A stretch of DNA of 64,000 bases from Candidatus Latescibacterota bacterium (GCA_022823465.1 JAJEHX010000029.1:7852-71851); one strand, 5' to 3'; counted from the first letter of the stretch, positions 19,228-29,121 are shown. Notes: generated from the sequence alone by a model not told the origin. Numbers and translations: made by a program.

Positions 19228-21714
19228 CTACTCGGTCCGCAAGGAATCGATCGGATTGGCGGTGGCGGCCCGGACGGCCTGGTAGCTCACCGTCAGCAGG
19301 GCGATCGCCATGGCGAGCAGGCCGGCCACAATGAAAGTGACCCAGCCCAGGTCGACCCGGTAGGCGAAGTTGTCCAGCCAGCTGGTCATTACGAGGTAGG
19401 CGGCAGGCCAGGCGAACAGGTTGGCCACGATCACGAGGCGGATGAATTCGTTGGACAGCAGGCGGAACAGGTTCGGGACCGTCGCGCCCAGGACCTTGCG
19501 GACGCCGATTTCCTTCGTTCGCCGTTCCGCGGTGAAGGAGGATAGGCCGACGAGGCCCAGGCAGGCGATGAGCACGGCCAGCGCGGCGAAGCTGACGAAC
19601 ACTCTTCCGAACCGTTGTTCGGCATCATAGAGGCGGGCGAAGTTGTCTTCGACGAAAAAGGACTCGAATGCGAAAGCCGGGTTCACATCGCGCCAGACAT
19701 CCTCGAGCACTTCAAGGCCCTCGGACAGGTGGCCCGGCGCGATCTTGACGACGATATGCCCGCCCTGTTCGTCGGGAAACAGGACCAGTGGACCGATCGG
19801 CTGATGCAGAGACGTGAAGTGAAAGTCCTTCATGATGCCGACGATCCTTCGCAGTTCCTTTTCCTCCTCGTCAAAGCCCTGGCGCAATTCGCGCACCCAG
19901 TGCACTTCCTTGCCCAGGGCTTCTTCCGGAGAGCCGAATCCCAGCCTCGTCACGGCCGCCTCGTTCAACACGACCCCGCCGCCCGTCGTCCTCCAGCCCC
20001 AGTCGCTTTGAAACGCCGGGTCGAAATACCTTCCCGTAATCAGTTCAATGCCGAGGGTCTCCAGGAAATCCTCGTCCGTCCAGGCCGCGTTCAAATCGAT
20101 CTTCTCGTAGGCGGCATCCCCCAGCCTCTGTAACGTGAGCTGTATCACGGCGTTCTTGTGGCCGGGAAGGATGAAGGTGGCGGTCGCGCTGGTCACGTGG
20201 GGACTTGCCGCTACGCGCTGCTTGTATATCCTTGCCGTCTCCTGGACCGGATCGAAGGTCAGGGGGACCGCGACGACCTGGTCGGTGTTCAGGCCCATGT
20301 TCCGGTTCTGGATGAAGTCCAGCTGGCTGTAGACCACCCCGGTGCAGATGATCAGCGCGATGGAGATCACGAACTGGCCGACCACCAGGACCCTGCGCAG
20401 TCCCGCGGTGCCGGAACCCGCGGCGAGGGTTCCCTTGAGCGTTTCGATCGGCGCGAGGCCGGACAGGTAGAGCGCGGGGTAACTGCCGGATGCAAAGCCG
20501 ACTACGCCGCCGATGGCCACGACCGCGGCGAGGGCAAACCCCACGGTTCCCGCGTCCAGCGACATGGCCTTGCCCGTAAGCAGGTTGAACCAGGGCAGAC
20601 TCACCCACGCGAGGATCAGGGCAAGGCACACGGCCATTCCGCTCATGATCAGCGATTCGAGGAGGAACTGCCGTATCATCTGGGTACGGGCCGCGCCGAA
20701 CACTTTCCGCAGGCCGATCTCCCTGGCACGGCCGGCGGACCGCGCGGTCGCCAGGTTCATGAAGTTGATGCATGCGATGAAGATGATGAACAATGCGATG
20801 GCGGCGAAGAGATAGATGTACCGGATGTCGCTGTTTGGCGTCAGCTCCCGTTCCAGCCGCGAATGGAGATGGATGTCCGTCACCGGTTGCAGCCTGAACG
20901 TCATGGATGCTTCGTCGCTCGTGTAACGGCTCCCCAGGTGTTTTTGCACGAAGGCGGGCAGCTTGGCTTCCAGTTCGGCCGGATCGCTTCCTTCCCGGAG
21001 CACGATGTAGCTGTGCGCCGTCCGCCAGCCCCATTCATCGACCTTCTTCTCCGAGTAGGCTTCCTGAATCCTGAAAGACGCGAGGATATCGAAACCCAGG
21101 TGGGTATTGGAAGGCAGGTCCGGCATGATCCCCGTCACTTCGAGGTGAAAGGTCCCTTCCGATTCCAGGATCTTTCCCATGGGATTCTCATCGCCGAAGT
21201 ACTTCCTGGCAATGGACTCGGACAGCACGATCTTGTCGTTCCCGGTCAGCGCGGTCTTCGGGTTGCCGGTGAGCAGGGGGACGTTGAACACGTCGAAGAC
21301 GGTCGTATCGGCGAGGTAGAAATTCCGTTCGTAGAACCCCTTGTCGCCGTACTTCACCATCCAGGCGTTGCCCGGCGGGACGAGCCGGACCATGTCCTCG
21401 ATCTCGGGGAAATCCTCACGCATGTACCACACCGTGGGCACCAGGGTGTCCGCGAGTCGAACGACCTCTTCGCCCTGCCGCTGTTCGGTGGTGACGCGGT
21501 AAGTGCGGTCCGCGCGGTCGAAGTAGCGGTCGTAGCTCAACTCGTCGCGGATGAAGAGCAGGATGAGGAGGCAGCACGAGATCCCGAGCGCCAGGCTCAT
21601 CACGTTGATGAGCGAGTAGCCCTTTTGGCGGTTCAGGTGGCGGATGGCTATGGTGAAGTAATTCTGGAGCATGGGGTGACGCCGTCCGGTTTCAGCGCTG
21701 GATGATCGCCGCAA
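19228..21714 (-). CDS. ADOP-type orphan ABC permease, paralog 2 (tandem with paralog 1)
   Basis: 828 aa, collinear and ~60-65% identical by eye to paralog 1 (MLQNYFTIAIRHLNRQKGYSLINVMSLALGIS...TAERRTKEIGVRKVLGAT). Confidence 0.85.
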   Translation of the reverse strand: MRRSSSAETGRRHPMLQNYFTIAIRHLNRQKGYSLINVMSLALGISCCLLILLFIRDELSYDRYFDRADRTYRVTTEQRQGEEVVRLADTLVPTVWYMREDFPEIEDMVRLVPPGNAWMVKYGDKGFYERNFYLADTTVFDVFNVPLLTGNPKTALTGNDKIVLSESIARKYFGDENPMGKILESEGTFHLEVTGIMPDLPSNTHLGFDILASFRIQEAYSEKKVDEWGWRTAHSYIVLREGSDPAELEAKLPAFVQKHLGSRYTSDEASMTFRLQPVTDIHLHSRLERELTPNSDIRYIYLFAAIALFIIFIACINFMNLATARSAGRAREIGLRKVFGAARTQMIRQFLLESLIMSGMAVCLALILAWVSLPWFNLLTGKAMSLDAGTVGFALAAVVAIGGVVGFASGSYPALYLSGLAPIETLKGTLAAGSGTAGLRRVLVVGQFVISIALIICTGVVYSQLDFIQNRNMGLNTDQVVAVPLTFDPVQETARIYKQRVAASPHVTSATATFILPGHKNAVIQLTLQRLGDAAYEKIDLNAAWTDEDFLETLGIELITGRYFDPAFQSDWGWRTTGGGVVLNEAAVTRLGFGSPEEALGKEVHWVRELRQGFDEEEKELRRIVGIMKDFHFTSLHQPIGPLVLFPDEQGGHIVVKIAPGHLSEGLEVLEDVWRDVNPAFAFESFFVEDNFARLYDAEQRFGRVFVSFAALAVLIACLGLVGLSSFTAERRTKEIGVRKVLGATVPNLFRLLSNEFIRLVIVANLFAWPAAYLVMTSWLDNFAYRVDLGWVTFIVAGLLAMAIALLTVSYQAVRAATANPIDSLRTE

Positions 21715-21910
21715 GTAAAGTCTCGCATTATCCTTTATTATCCCCTTTTGGGATGCATCGGAACCTTATTCCCTTAACCCCGGCGGGGATCCTGCTGTAT
21801 AATAATGATGAAACCCCGAAACTTCACGTATCTTTGCCCGGTGCGGACATAAAATCGCACCCCGGCGCACGGTGGCGTACACATCATCGCACTCCGGCGG
21901 ACGCTGAACC

Positions 21911-23245
21911 ATGACCGATCTCTTCTCCGAACAGGCCGAAAAGCAGTTGCGCCGGGAGGCGCCGCTGGCATCGCGCATGCGGCCGGATTCGCTGGAGGGT
22001 TTCCTTGGACAGCGTAGCCTGGTCGGGCAGGGACGCCTCCTGAACGAGTCCATCGAACGGGATACCCCTTTCTCGATGATCCTGTGGGGGCCGCCGGGCT
22101 CGGGAAAGACCACGCTCGCCTTCATCATCGCCCGTTCCACCGATTCCCATTTCGTCCCGATGAGCGCGGTAAGCGCCGGCGTGAAGGACCTGCACCGGGC
22201 GGCTGCCGAGGCCCGTGACCGCCTGGGGATGCATCGCAAGCGGACCATCCTCTTCATTGATGAGATTCATCGGTTCAACAAGCTGCAGCAGGACGCCGTA
22301 CTGCCGACCGTGGAGAACGGGATCCTGACCCTTATCGGCGCGACCACCGAAAACCCGTCCTTCGAGGTCAACGCCGCCCTGCTGTCCCGCTGCCGGGTAC
22401 TGCGTCTGGAACCTCTGTCGGAGGAGGATCTGCAAAGGATCGTCCGGCGCGCGCTGGAGGACGGCGAGCGCGGTCTGGGCGGACAAGCCATCGAGATGGA
22501 CGATGATGCGGTGGCGCACCTGGCTTCCGTGGCCGGCGGCGACGCGAGGGTAGCGCTGAATACCCTCGAAGTGGCGGCTATGACCACGCCGCGCGACGAC
22601 GAGACCCGAATAAGGCTGACAACGAAGGAGATCGACGAGGCGCTGCAGCACCGCGCGCCGCAATACGACAAGGGCGGGGACTGGCACTTCGACGCCATTT
22701 CGGCACTGCACAAGAGCGTGAGGGACTCCGATCCGGACGGCGCCCTCTACTGGCTGGCCCGGATGCTCATCGCCGGCGACGACCCCCTCTACATCGCCCG
22801 CCGGATCATCCGCATGTCGGTGGAAGACATCGGTCTTGCCGACCCCTTTGCCCTGACCCTGTCCACCTCGGCCCAGCAGGCCGTCCATTTCGTGGGCCAG
22901 CCCGAAGGCGACCTGATGCTCGCCCACGCGGTGGTCTACCTGGCCACCGCGCCCAAGAGCAACGCGGTCTACGCGGCCTTTTCAAAGGCGCGGCAGGACG
23001 CGGAGCAGACGAGCGACGAGCCCGTGCCTATGCACCTGCGCAATGCGCCGACCCGCCTGATGAAGGAAATGGGCCACGGCAAGGGATACAAGTACGCCCA
23101 CGATTACGACGGGGCGTCCGTGGACCAGGAGCATCTGCCCGAATCCATCAAGGGGCATCGATACTACGAACCCACCGACCGGGGCCGCGAAGAAAAGATC
23201 CGCGTGTGGATGGAGCAGATGCGGAAGATCAGGGACGGGGGATGA
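21911..23245 (+). CDS. rarA: Replication-associated recombination protein A (MgsA/WRNIP AAA+ ATPase)
   Basis: Walker A ILWGPPGSGKTTLA; Walker B ILFIDEIHRFNK; C-terminal RarA helical region (...LHKSVRDSDPDGALYWLARML..GDDPLYIARR). Confidence 0.9.
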   Translation: MTDLFSEQAEKQLRREAPLASRMRPDSLEGFLGQRSLVGQGRLLNESIERDTPFSMILWGPPGSGKTTLAFIIARSTDSHFVPMSAVSAGVKDLHRAAAEARDRLGMHRKRTILFIDEIHRFNKLQQDAVLPTVENGILTLIGATTENPSFEVNAALLSRCRVLRLEPLSEEDLQRIVRRALEDGERGLGGQAIEMDDDAVAHLASVAGGDARVALNTLEVAAMTTPRDDETRIRLTTKEIDEALQHRAPQYDKGGDWHFDAISALHKSVRDSDPDGALYWLARMLIAGDDPLYIARRIIRMSVEDIGLADPFALTLSTSAQQAVHFVGQPEGDLMLAHAVVYLATAPKSNAVYAAFSKARQDAEQTSDEPVPMHLRNAPTRLMKEMGHGKGYKYAHDYDGASVDQEHLPESIKGHRYYEPTDRGREEKIRVWMEQMRKIRDGG

Positions 23246-23317
23246 CCGGCTTTCGTGGCCAGCAGACGACATCCAAATGACAAAGAGGCGTCGCAGACTA
23301 CGCGTCAACCTGTACCG

Positions 23318-23893
23318 TTAGCCGATCGCTTTGCGGTAGCAGTAGTCGAAGAGCAGTTCCCACTCGCGCTGCTGGATGCTGCGGCAGAGATCACCGGCCG
23401 GGACCCCGCCCACGTTGGCCCCCTCGCACAAATCGATGAAGGCGTAGGGATCCCAGGAAGACTGGGACATGAGGTATGCGGCCTCCTCCGGCAGGTTGTC
23501 CGTACCGGACGCGATAGTGGCCGCCTCGTCTCTCAACTCGGGATAGATGTCGTGGTCGCCGACGCGGCCGAACCAGTACTTCCCATTGGGATAATCCGGT
23601 TCGCGGCGGTGCATGATGCCGTGCCAGTAGCTGCCCGTGGGCGTGGTGATCTGCTGGCTGAGGGTATGCGAGGTGACCAGGAAATCGTGGTACAGCCAAA
23701 GGGCCGACTGGCATCCCTCGGCCATCGTCCGGTCACTGATGCTGTCGGGCGCGAAGGCCTCGTCCAGGTCCAGGGCTTCCAGGCCGGCCTTCGCCGGGCT
23801 GTTTTCCTCGCCCGGGTCCAGCGGCATGACGCGGGGCGTTTTGAGCAGTTCCGCGAAAACGGATCCGTAGGCGGCGGGGTCAAAGGCAGGCAT
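23318..23893 (-). CDS. Hypothetical protein
   Basis: 191-aa ORF with normal codon usage; no family recognised. Confidence 0.4.
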   Translation of the reverse strand: MPAFDPAAYGSVFAELLKTPRVMPLDPGEENSPAKAGLEALDLDEAFAPDSISDRTMAEGCQSALWLYHDFLVTSHTLSQQITTPTGSYWHGIMHRREPDYPNGKYWFGRVGDHDIYPELRDEAATIASGTDNLPEEAAYLMSQSSWDPYAFIDLCEGANVGGVPAGDLCRSIQQREWELLFDYCYRKAIG

Positions 23894-23994
23894 GGGCGTT
23901 CCTTTCGTGGTTCATGCGGCGGGTCTTCATGCGGCAGGCGCGTACTATTATCTCCTACCGGACTTCCATCTACTACTGGACTTCCGCGTAGCAG

Positions 23995-24843
23995 CTACCG
24001 GGCTTCCGCGGCCTCGGCCTTCCGCTTCTTCAGCACCTCGTTCATGCTGCCGGTGCGGTATCCTTCCAGGTCGAGCGTGACATAGTCGTAGCCGATTTCC
24101 TTGAGATACACGGCGATCTCGTCGTGGTGTTCGATGACCTTCGCGAGGTCGGCGGGTTCCGTCTCGATGCGGGCCATGTTCCTGTGGTGACGCACCCGGA
24201 ACTGCCGGAGACCCAGGCCCCGGATGAAGGCTTCCGCCTTGCCGACCTGTTCGAGGGCTTCGATGGTAATGGGGTCGCCATAGGGAAAACGCGACGACAG
24301 GCAGGCCAGGGACGGCTTGTCCGCCGTGGGCAGGCCCAGGCGCACGGACAACGCGCGGACATCGGCCTTGGTGAACCCGGCGTCCTTCAGCGGACTGCGC
24401 ACGCCGTGTTCCCGGATCGCCAGCATGCCCGGACGGAAGTCGCTGATATCGTCCACGATGCTGCCTTCGCATATAAAGGCCGCGTCTTCTTCCCGGGCGA
24501 TTTCCTCCAGGCGGGTATACAGTTCGTCCCGGCAGAAATAGCATCTGCGCGGATTGTTCTGCATGTACTCCGCGTTGTGGATCTCCTCCGTGTCCACGTA
24601 GCGGTGGCGGGCGCCCATCCATTCGGCCAGTTCGGCGGCCTCGTTCTTCTCCTCCTCCGGCAGCGATTCGGACACGCCGGTTACGCCCAGGGCCCGCTCG
24701 CCAAGCACGTCGGAGGCCACCTTGAGCAGCAGCGTGCTGTCCACGCCGGCGGAGAAGGCCACCATGACGCTGCCCATGGCGCGGAGGTCTTCCCGGAGCG
24801 ACTGGTACTTTTCGTCCAGGGTGGATGCCTGGTTGCCGTTCAC
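23995..24843 (-). CDS. PP-loop ATP pyrophosphatase, LarE/TIGR00268-like (ATP-dependent sulfur transferase family)
   Basis: PP-loop VAFSAGVDSTLL; conserved Cys region RRCYFCRDELYTRLEEIA; ~280 aa. Confidence 0.7.
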   Translation of the reverse strand: MNGNQASTLDEKYQSLREDLRAMGSVMVAFSAGVDSTLLLKVASDVLGERALGVTGVSESLPEEEKNEAAELAEWMGARHRYVDTEEIHNAEYMQNNPRRCYFCRDELYTRLEEIAREEDAAFICEGSIVDDISDFRPGMLAIREHGVRSPLKDAGFTKADVRALSVRLGLPTADKPSLACLSSRFPYGDPITIEALEQVGKAEAFIRGLGLRQFRVRHHRNMARIETEPADLAKVIEHHDEIAVYLKEIGYDYVTLDLEGYRTGSMNEVLKKRKAEAAEAR

Positions 24844-25095
24844 GTCCTGTTCCTCGATTGAAACCAGTGATTGAAACCGGTCGCATCAGGTGCCGGGAGA
24901 CCGTTGCCGATATGGGCGGAATCGCCCCGGCGGCAATCGTTTGGAAACGGAACTCCCACCATGTTTTCGCTTGACAGAAGGGGGTTTTCGCCGCTATTTA
25001 ACACGTCTGTTTTTGATTGAATCAAGATACGGCGAGTGCGGCGTCATGACAACGTTTTTTTGCAGTAGTTCGCCGTGAATGAAGGGGCCGGGAGG

Positions 25096-25185
25096 TCCTG
25101 GAGAGTACGCTAAGGAGCGGGAGCGGGCATGAACATGGAACGACCCCGAAGGTCCACGGAGGAGCAGGAGCAGGCATGAACATGG
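25096..25185 (+). promoter_or_regulatory. Duplicated RBS/start segment and a 16-codon uORF (MNMERPRRSTEEQEQA) whose stop overlaps the trpS ATG
   Basis: GAGCGGGAGCGGGCATGAACATGGA ... GAGGAGCAGGAGCAGGCATGAACATGGA. The uORF TGA overlaps the trpS ATG (gcATGAacATGgat). Confidence 0.4.
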
Positions 25186-26309
25186 ATGAACAGAAAGCAT
25201 CAGACCCGTTGTCGGAAGAAGGGGCGGGGTCAGGTCCCGCGGCGGGAGATAGTAATACGAGTGCGGCTGGGGTTAACACGGCAGACGCGGCGGCAGAAGT
25301 GGCCGGCGTTGACACGGCAAACGCCGACGGCGAACCGACCCGGCTGTACAGCGGCATCCAGCCCACCGGCGACATTCACATCGGGAATTACCTCGGCGCC
25401 GTGGCCAACTGGGCCAAGCTGATCCCGCGGTACGACTGTATCTACTGCGTCGTGGACTATCACGCCATCACCATCGAGTACGACCCGGACACCATGCGGG
25501 ACGCCATACTGGACACAGCAACGATGGGCATGGCCTGCGGACTCGACCCGGACCATTGCACCTTCTTCGTGCAGTCCCATGTATCCGAAACCATGGAACT
25601 GGCCTGGATCTTCAGCACCTGTACCGCCATCGGCGCCCTGGAAAGGATGACCCAGTTCAAGGACAAGGCCGCCCAGCACAAGCAGAACATCAATGCGGGC
25701 CTGTTCACCTACCCCGTGCTCCAGGCCGCGGACATCCTGGGCGTCAAGGCCGACGGCGTACCCGTGGGCGACGACCAGTCCCAGCACCTGGAGCTGACGC
25801 GGGAAATAGCCCGGCGGTTCAACCACCTGTACGGCCCGGTATTCCCCGATGCGAAGACGCTGTACAGTCCCGCGCCGCGCATCATGGGCCTGGACGGCCA
25901 GGGCAAGATGAGCAAGAGCCAGGGGAACTACATCGCGATGAAAGACCGCAGCGATACGGTCAGGAAGAAGCTCAGCACCGCCTATACCGATCCGAACCGG
26001 CTGCGGAGATCGGACCCCGGCAACCCGGATATCTGCAACATCTTCACCCTGCACAAGTCCTTCTCGAGTCCCGACGAGGTGGCGACCATCGACGCGGAGT
26101 GCCGGAGCGCGGGCATCGGCTGCGTCGACTGCAAGAAGAAACTGGGCGCCAGCATGGAAACCGCGATGACGCCGATCCAGGACAAGTACGAAGACCTGAC
26201 CCGCCGGCCCGACGACGTGCGGGACGCCCTTGCGGCGGGCGCCGACAGGGTAAGGACGCTCACGTCGGAGACCATGACGGAGGTCCGGCAGAGCCTGGGA
26301 CTGCGTTAG
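25176..26309 (+). CDS. trpS: Tryptophan--tRNA ligase
   Basis: HIGH-type motif GIQPTGDIHIGNYLGA; KMSKS motif KMSKSQGN. Has a ~45-aa low-complexity N-terminal extension (AGSGPAAGDSNTSAAGVNTADAAAEVAGVDTANADGE); an internal GTG start is possible. Confidence 0.9.
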   Translation: MNMDEQKASDPLSEEGAGSGPAAGDSNTSAAGVNTADAAAEVAGVDTANADGEPTRLYSGIQPTGDIHIGNYLGAVANWAKLIPRYDCIYCVVDYHAITIEYDPDTMRDAILDTATMGMACGLDPDHCTFFVQSHVSETMELAWIFSTCTAIGALERMTQFKDKAAQHKQNINAGLFTYPVLQAADILGVKADGVPVGDDQSQHLELTREIARRFNHLYGPVFPDAKTLYSPAPRIMGLDGQGKMSKSQGNYIAMKDRSDTVRKKLSTAYTDPNRLRRSDPGNPDICNIFTLHKSFSSPDEVATIDAECRSAGIGCVDCKKKLGASMETAMTPIQDKYEDLTRRPDDVRDALAAGADRVRTLTSETMTEVRQSLGLR

Positions 26310-26494
26310 AATGGAACTCCCGGACATGCGCTGCGTTTATAACAACGTGTCAAACCTCCTCAAAGGTATCGTCCGGTCCGCAACGCACGAGCGCGGAACT
26401 GCTGACGGAGCTCGATGGAACTAAGCGCCGGTTCGCTCCGCATGCCCGAACACGGACGGGACGCCCGCTTGTAATCCTTTCCTAAGAATCATGC

Positions 26495-27631
26495 ATGGAT
26501 ATTTACTCGAAAGACTACGCCCACCAGTCCCGGCTCCTGGGACGGACCGTTTCCTTTCGCCGCAACACGGCCAAGTACCTCCTGATCGCCTTCGCAGCCG
26601 CCGGACTGCTCCATAGCCTCTCGCTGCTGGTCCTCCTGGCCACGGGCATGCTCGAAGACAAGAACATGATCGATCTTACCCTCGCGCCCTACGAGCGCCT
26701 GGAGCAGCTCGAAGAGGCCTACATGGAAATGCAGAACCCCCCGACCCTGGTGGACGTGCCGGAAGAAGCCCGCGTGGAGGAACCGCCGGACGATCCGGAC
26801 CCCGACGTGGCGGACAGGAATTCCATCGCCCGGGACCTGCTGGAGGATACGGAACTGCCTGAAGGACCGGCCTATTCCGAGGGCGACCTGGAGATCCGGA
26901 CGATGGAGGATTCGGACGAGGAAGAACAGCAGCATGAACCCTTTGAAGGCGGCGTCCCGCTCACGCCCCGGGAGGGCGGCATCGAGGATTTCAATGAGTT
27001 GGAAGACCCGCCGCTGTGGACCTCCGACCTGATCATCCGGCCCGAGTTCCGGGGCAGGGGCGGACGGGAAGGCCGTGGTGAAGGCGGGATGGAAGGCGAA
27101 GAAATCGCTTCGGCGCCCCGGCCTACCGGACCGGAAGCCCCGGTTTTCATCCCCCAGGACGACTTGAACGAACTGGCTCAGATGGCCCGTGAACCCGCGT
27201 ACGAACGACACAGGCGGTTCGGTTTCGGCTTCGGGAATTCAGGTCCGAGGGTACCCCGGACGGACAACCGCCACACCTCGGTCAAGGATTACGGCGATTT
27301 CTCGCTCAGCACCTATGCCTGGGACTACGCGCCCTACCTGTACATCCTTCGCGAACGGATCCGGCGGCGCTGGTTTGCCCCGGAGGCCTTCAATCTCGGC
27401 CTGGTAAGCGGGCGGGTCATCATACGCTTCAAAATCATGCCCGACGGCGCCCTGCGCGACCTCGAGGTCCTGTCCTACCGGGACAACGACATCCCCTACC
27501 AGTCCCTCGTAGCGTCGAGCCGCAACGCCATCGAATCCTCCAGCCCCTTCCCGCCGCTCCCGGCGGATTTCCTCCATCCTTTCCTTGAAATCACCGGCAC
27601 CTTCTACTACCAGATCCTCCGTGCGAGGTAA
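26495..27631 (+). CDS. TonB-family protein (N-terminal TM anchor, acidic/Pro-rich linker, C-terminal TonB_C domain)
   Basis: TM segment YLLIAFAAAGLLHSLSLLVLL; linker EEPPDDPDPD...; C-terminus YAPYLYILRERIRRRWFAPEAFNLGLVSGRVIIRFKIMPDGALRDLEVLSYRDNDIPYQSLVASSRNAIESSSPFPPLP. Confidence 0.6.
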   Translation: MDIYSKDYAHQSRLLGRTVSFRRNTAKYLLIAFAAAGLLHSLSLLVLLATGMLEDKNMIDLTLAPYERLEQLEEAYMEMQNPPTLVDVPEEARVEEPPDDPDPDVADRNSIARDLLEDTELPEGPAYSEGDLEIRTMEDSDEEEQQHEPFEGGVPLTPREGGIEDFNELEDPPLWTSDLIIRPEFRGRGGREGRGEGGMEGEEIASAPRPTGPEAPVFIPQDDLNELAQMAREPAYERHRRFGFGFGNSGPRVPRTDNRHTSVKDYGDFSLSTYAWDYAPYLYILRERIRRRWFAPEAFNLGLVSGRVIIRFKIMPDGALRDLEVLSYRDNDIPYQSLVASSRNAIESSSPFPPLPADFLHPFLEITGTFYYQILRAR

Positions 27632-27663
27632 CCGTTGAAAGCCCAGATCGTGCGAGGTAGGCG

Positions 27664-28554
27664 TTGAAAACGCAAATCGGAAAACTGGTAGACTCGAAAG
27701 GGTTCCAGCACACCGTACTCGGGGTGATTACGGCGGCCGCCGTACTGGTGGGTATGGAAACTTCCCGGGATCTCGTGGCCCGATACGGCGCGTGGCTGCA
27801 CCGGCTCGACCAACTGGTCCTGCTGTTCTTCGTCCTGGAAGCCGCCCTGAAGATGGCGCGTCACGGCCGCCACTGGTACCGGTACTTCGGCGACCGGTGG
27901 AACGTGTTCGACTTCCTCATCGTGGTGGCCTGCCTGGTGCCCGCGGGAGGGCAGTATGCCGCGGTGCTGCGGCTGGCCCGGGTGCTCCGGGCGCTGCGGC
28001 TGGTGACCGCGGTGCCGAAACTGCAGTTGCTGGTCAATTCGCTGCTCAAGTCGGTTACGTCGCTGGGGTATGTCGGACTGCTGCTGGGCGTGCTGTTCTA
28101 CGTCTACGCGGTACTGGGCGTCTACCTCTTTCGCGGCAACGACCCCGTGCACTTTCAGGACCTTTCGACGGCGCTGCTTACCCTCTTCCGGGTGGTGACC
28201 CTGGAGGACTGGACGGACGTGATGTACATCCAGATGTACGGCAGCGACGCCTACCCGAACTACGCGGATTTCGCGCAGGCCCATCTGCGCGAAGCCTCCC
28301 GGGCCATGCCCTTCTTCGGCGCGGTCTTCTTCGTGAGTTTCGTGATGCTCGGCACCATGATCATGCTGAACCTTTTCATCGGGGTCATCATCAACTCCAT
28401 GTCGGAGGCCCAGGCCGACCGGGAGTCGGAGGAAAGGCGCCGGCACCTGGAACGGGATGGCCGAATCAGCGTGGGAGATGAAATCGGGCTGATCGAGGAA
28501 GAGATCCAGAAACTCTCGAGGCGGCTCAAATCCCTGCGCGGGCGGGCGGATTAA
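27664..28554 (+). CDS. Bacterial voltage-gated cation channel (NaChBac/BacNav family) with an acidic TLEDWTD selectivity filter
   Basis: S4 voltage sensor LRLARVLRALRLVTAVPKLQ and pore FRVVTLEDWTDVMYIQMY. 296 aa, six-TM architecture. Confidence 0.8.
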   Translation: MKTQIGKLVDSKGFQHTVLGVITAAAVLVGMETSRDLVARYGAWLHRLDQLVLLFFVLEAALKMARHGRHWYRYFGDRWNVFDFLIVVACLVPAGGQYAAVLRLARVLRALRLVTAVPKLQLLVNSLLKSVTSLGYVGLLLGVLFYVYAVLGVYLFRGNDPVHFQDLSTALLTLFRVVTLEDWTDVMYIQMYGSDAYPNYADFAQAHLREASRAMPFFGAVFFVSFVMLGTMIMLNLFIGVIINSMSEAQADRESEERRRHLERDGRISVGDEIGLIEEEIQKLSRRLKSLRGRAD

Positions 28555-28561
28555 AGAAAGC

Positions 28562-28660
28562 GGCGATGCCTGACTACTAGCGGCGATGTCTTATAAATGT
28601 GGCGATGCCTGACTAATAGCGGCGGTGCCTTATAAATGGGGCGATGCCTGATTCGTGCGG
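28562..28660. repeat. 2.5 tandem copies of a ~39-bp repeat (GGCGATGCCTGACTAMTAGCGGCGRTGYCTTATAAATGK) between convergent genes
   Basis: Units at 28562, 28601 and 28640 (partial). Each unit contains an internal GGCGATG duplication ~20 bp apart. Confidence 0.7.
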
Positions 28661-28728
28661 ACGCGCGGAATCGGAGCGACGGAACCGCTGACGGCACTTG
28701 ATTGTGCGAGCGGGACTACGCGCACGAA

Positions 28729-29085
28729 TCAGACCTGCTCGCCGCCGTCCGGTCCGTAGAAGATGACCCAGGTCTTCATCGACTCGCCGAAATCCAGGAA
28801 CCGGTGCTCGACTCCCGCGGGCACGAAGAAGAAATCGCCGATCTCGAAGGGCACGACCTCGCCGCCCATTTCAAACTTCCCCTTCCCTTCGACGATCACG
28901 TAGCACTCGTCACGGCGGTGCGGCGTCTGGTCGTCCACGTTCCGAGGCATGTACAGCTCGATCTGCAGCTCGCCACGCTCCAGGGCGACGAAGAACCGGT
29001 CTCCGTTCGGTGCGGGTATCTTCGCGGCGATCTCCGCGGGTGTGATTCTTCTGGATTCGTTTCTTTTCATCATGTCCCCTTCCAA
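28729..29085 (-). CDS. Cupin domain protein
   Basis: Cupin_2-like motifs (HRRDECYVIVEGKGKF...FFFVPAGVEHRF). Confidence 0.65.
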   Translation of the reverse strand: MEGDMMKRNESRRITPAEIAAKIPAPNGDRFFVALERGELQIELYMPRNVDDQTPHRRDECYVIVEGKGKFEMGGEVVPFEIGDFFFVPAGVEHRFLDFGESMKTWVIFYGPDGGEQV

Positions 29086-29121
29086 ACATGTCCTTAAACA
29101 CCGAATCGATCGGGCAAAAGC

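Noticed and set aside
25096-25185. Trp-attenuator leader peptide or T-box upstream of trpS
   Set aside because: The 16-codon uORF contains no Trp codons and no terminator/antiterminator stem is evident. There are no T-box specifier or conserved T-box sequence elements.
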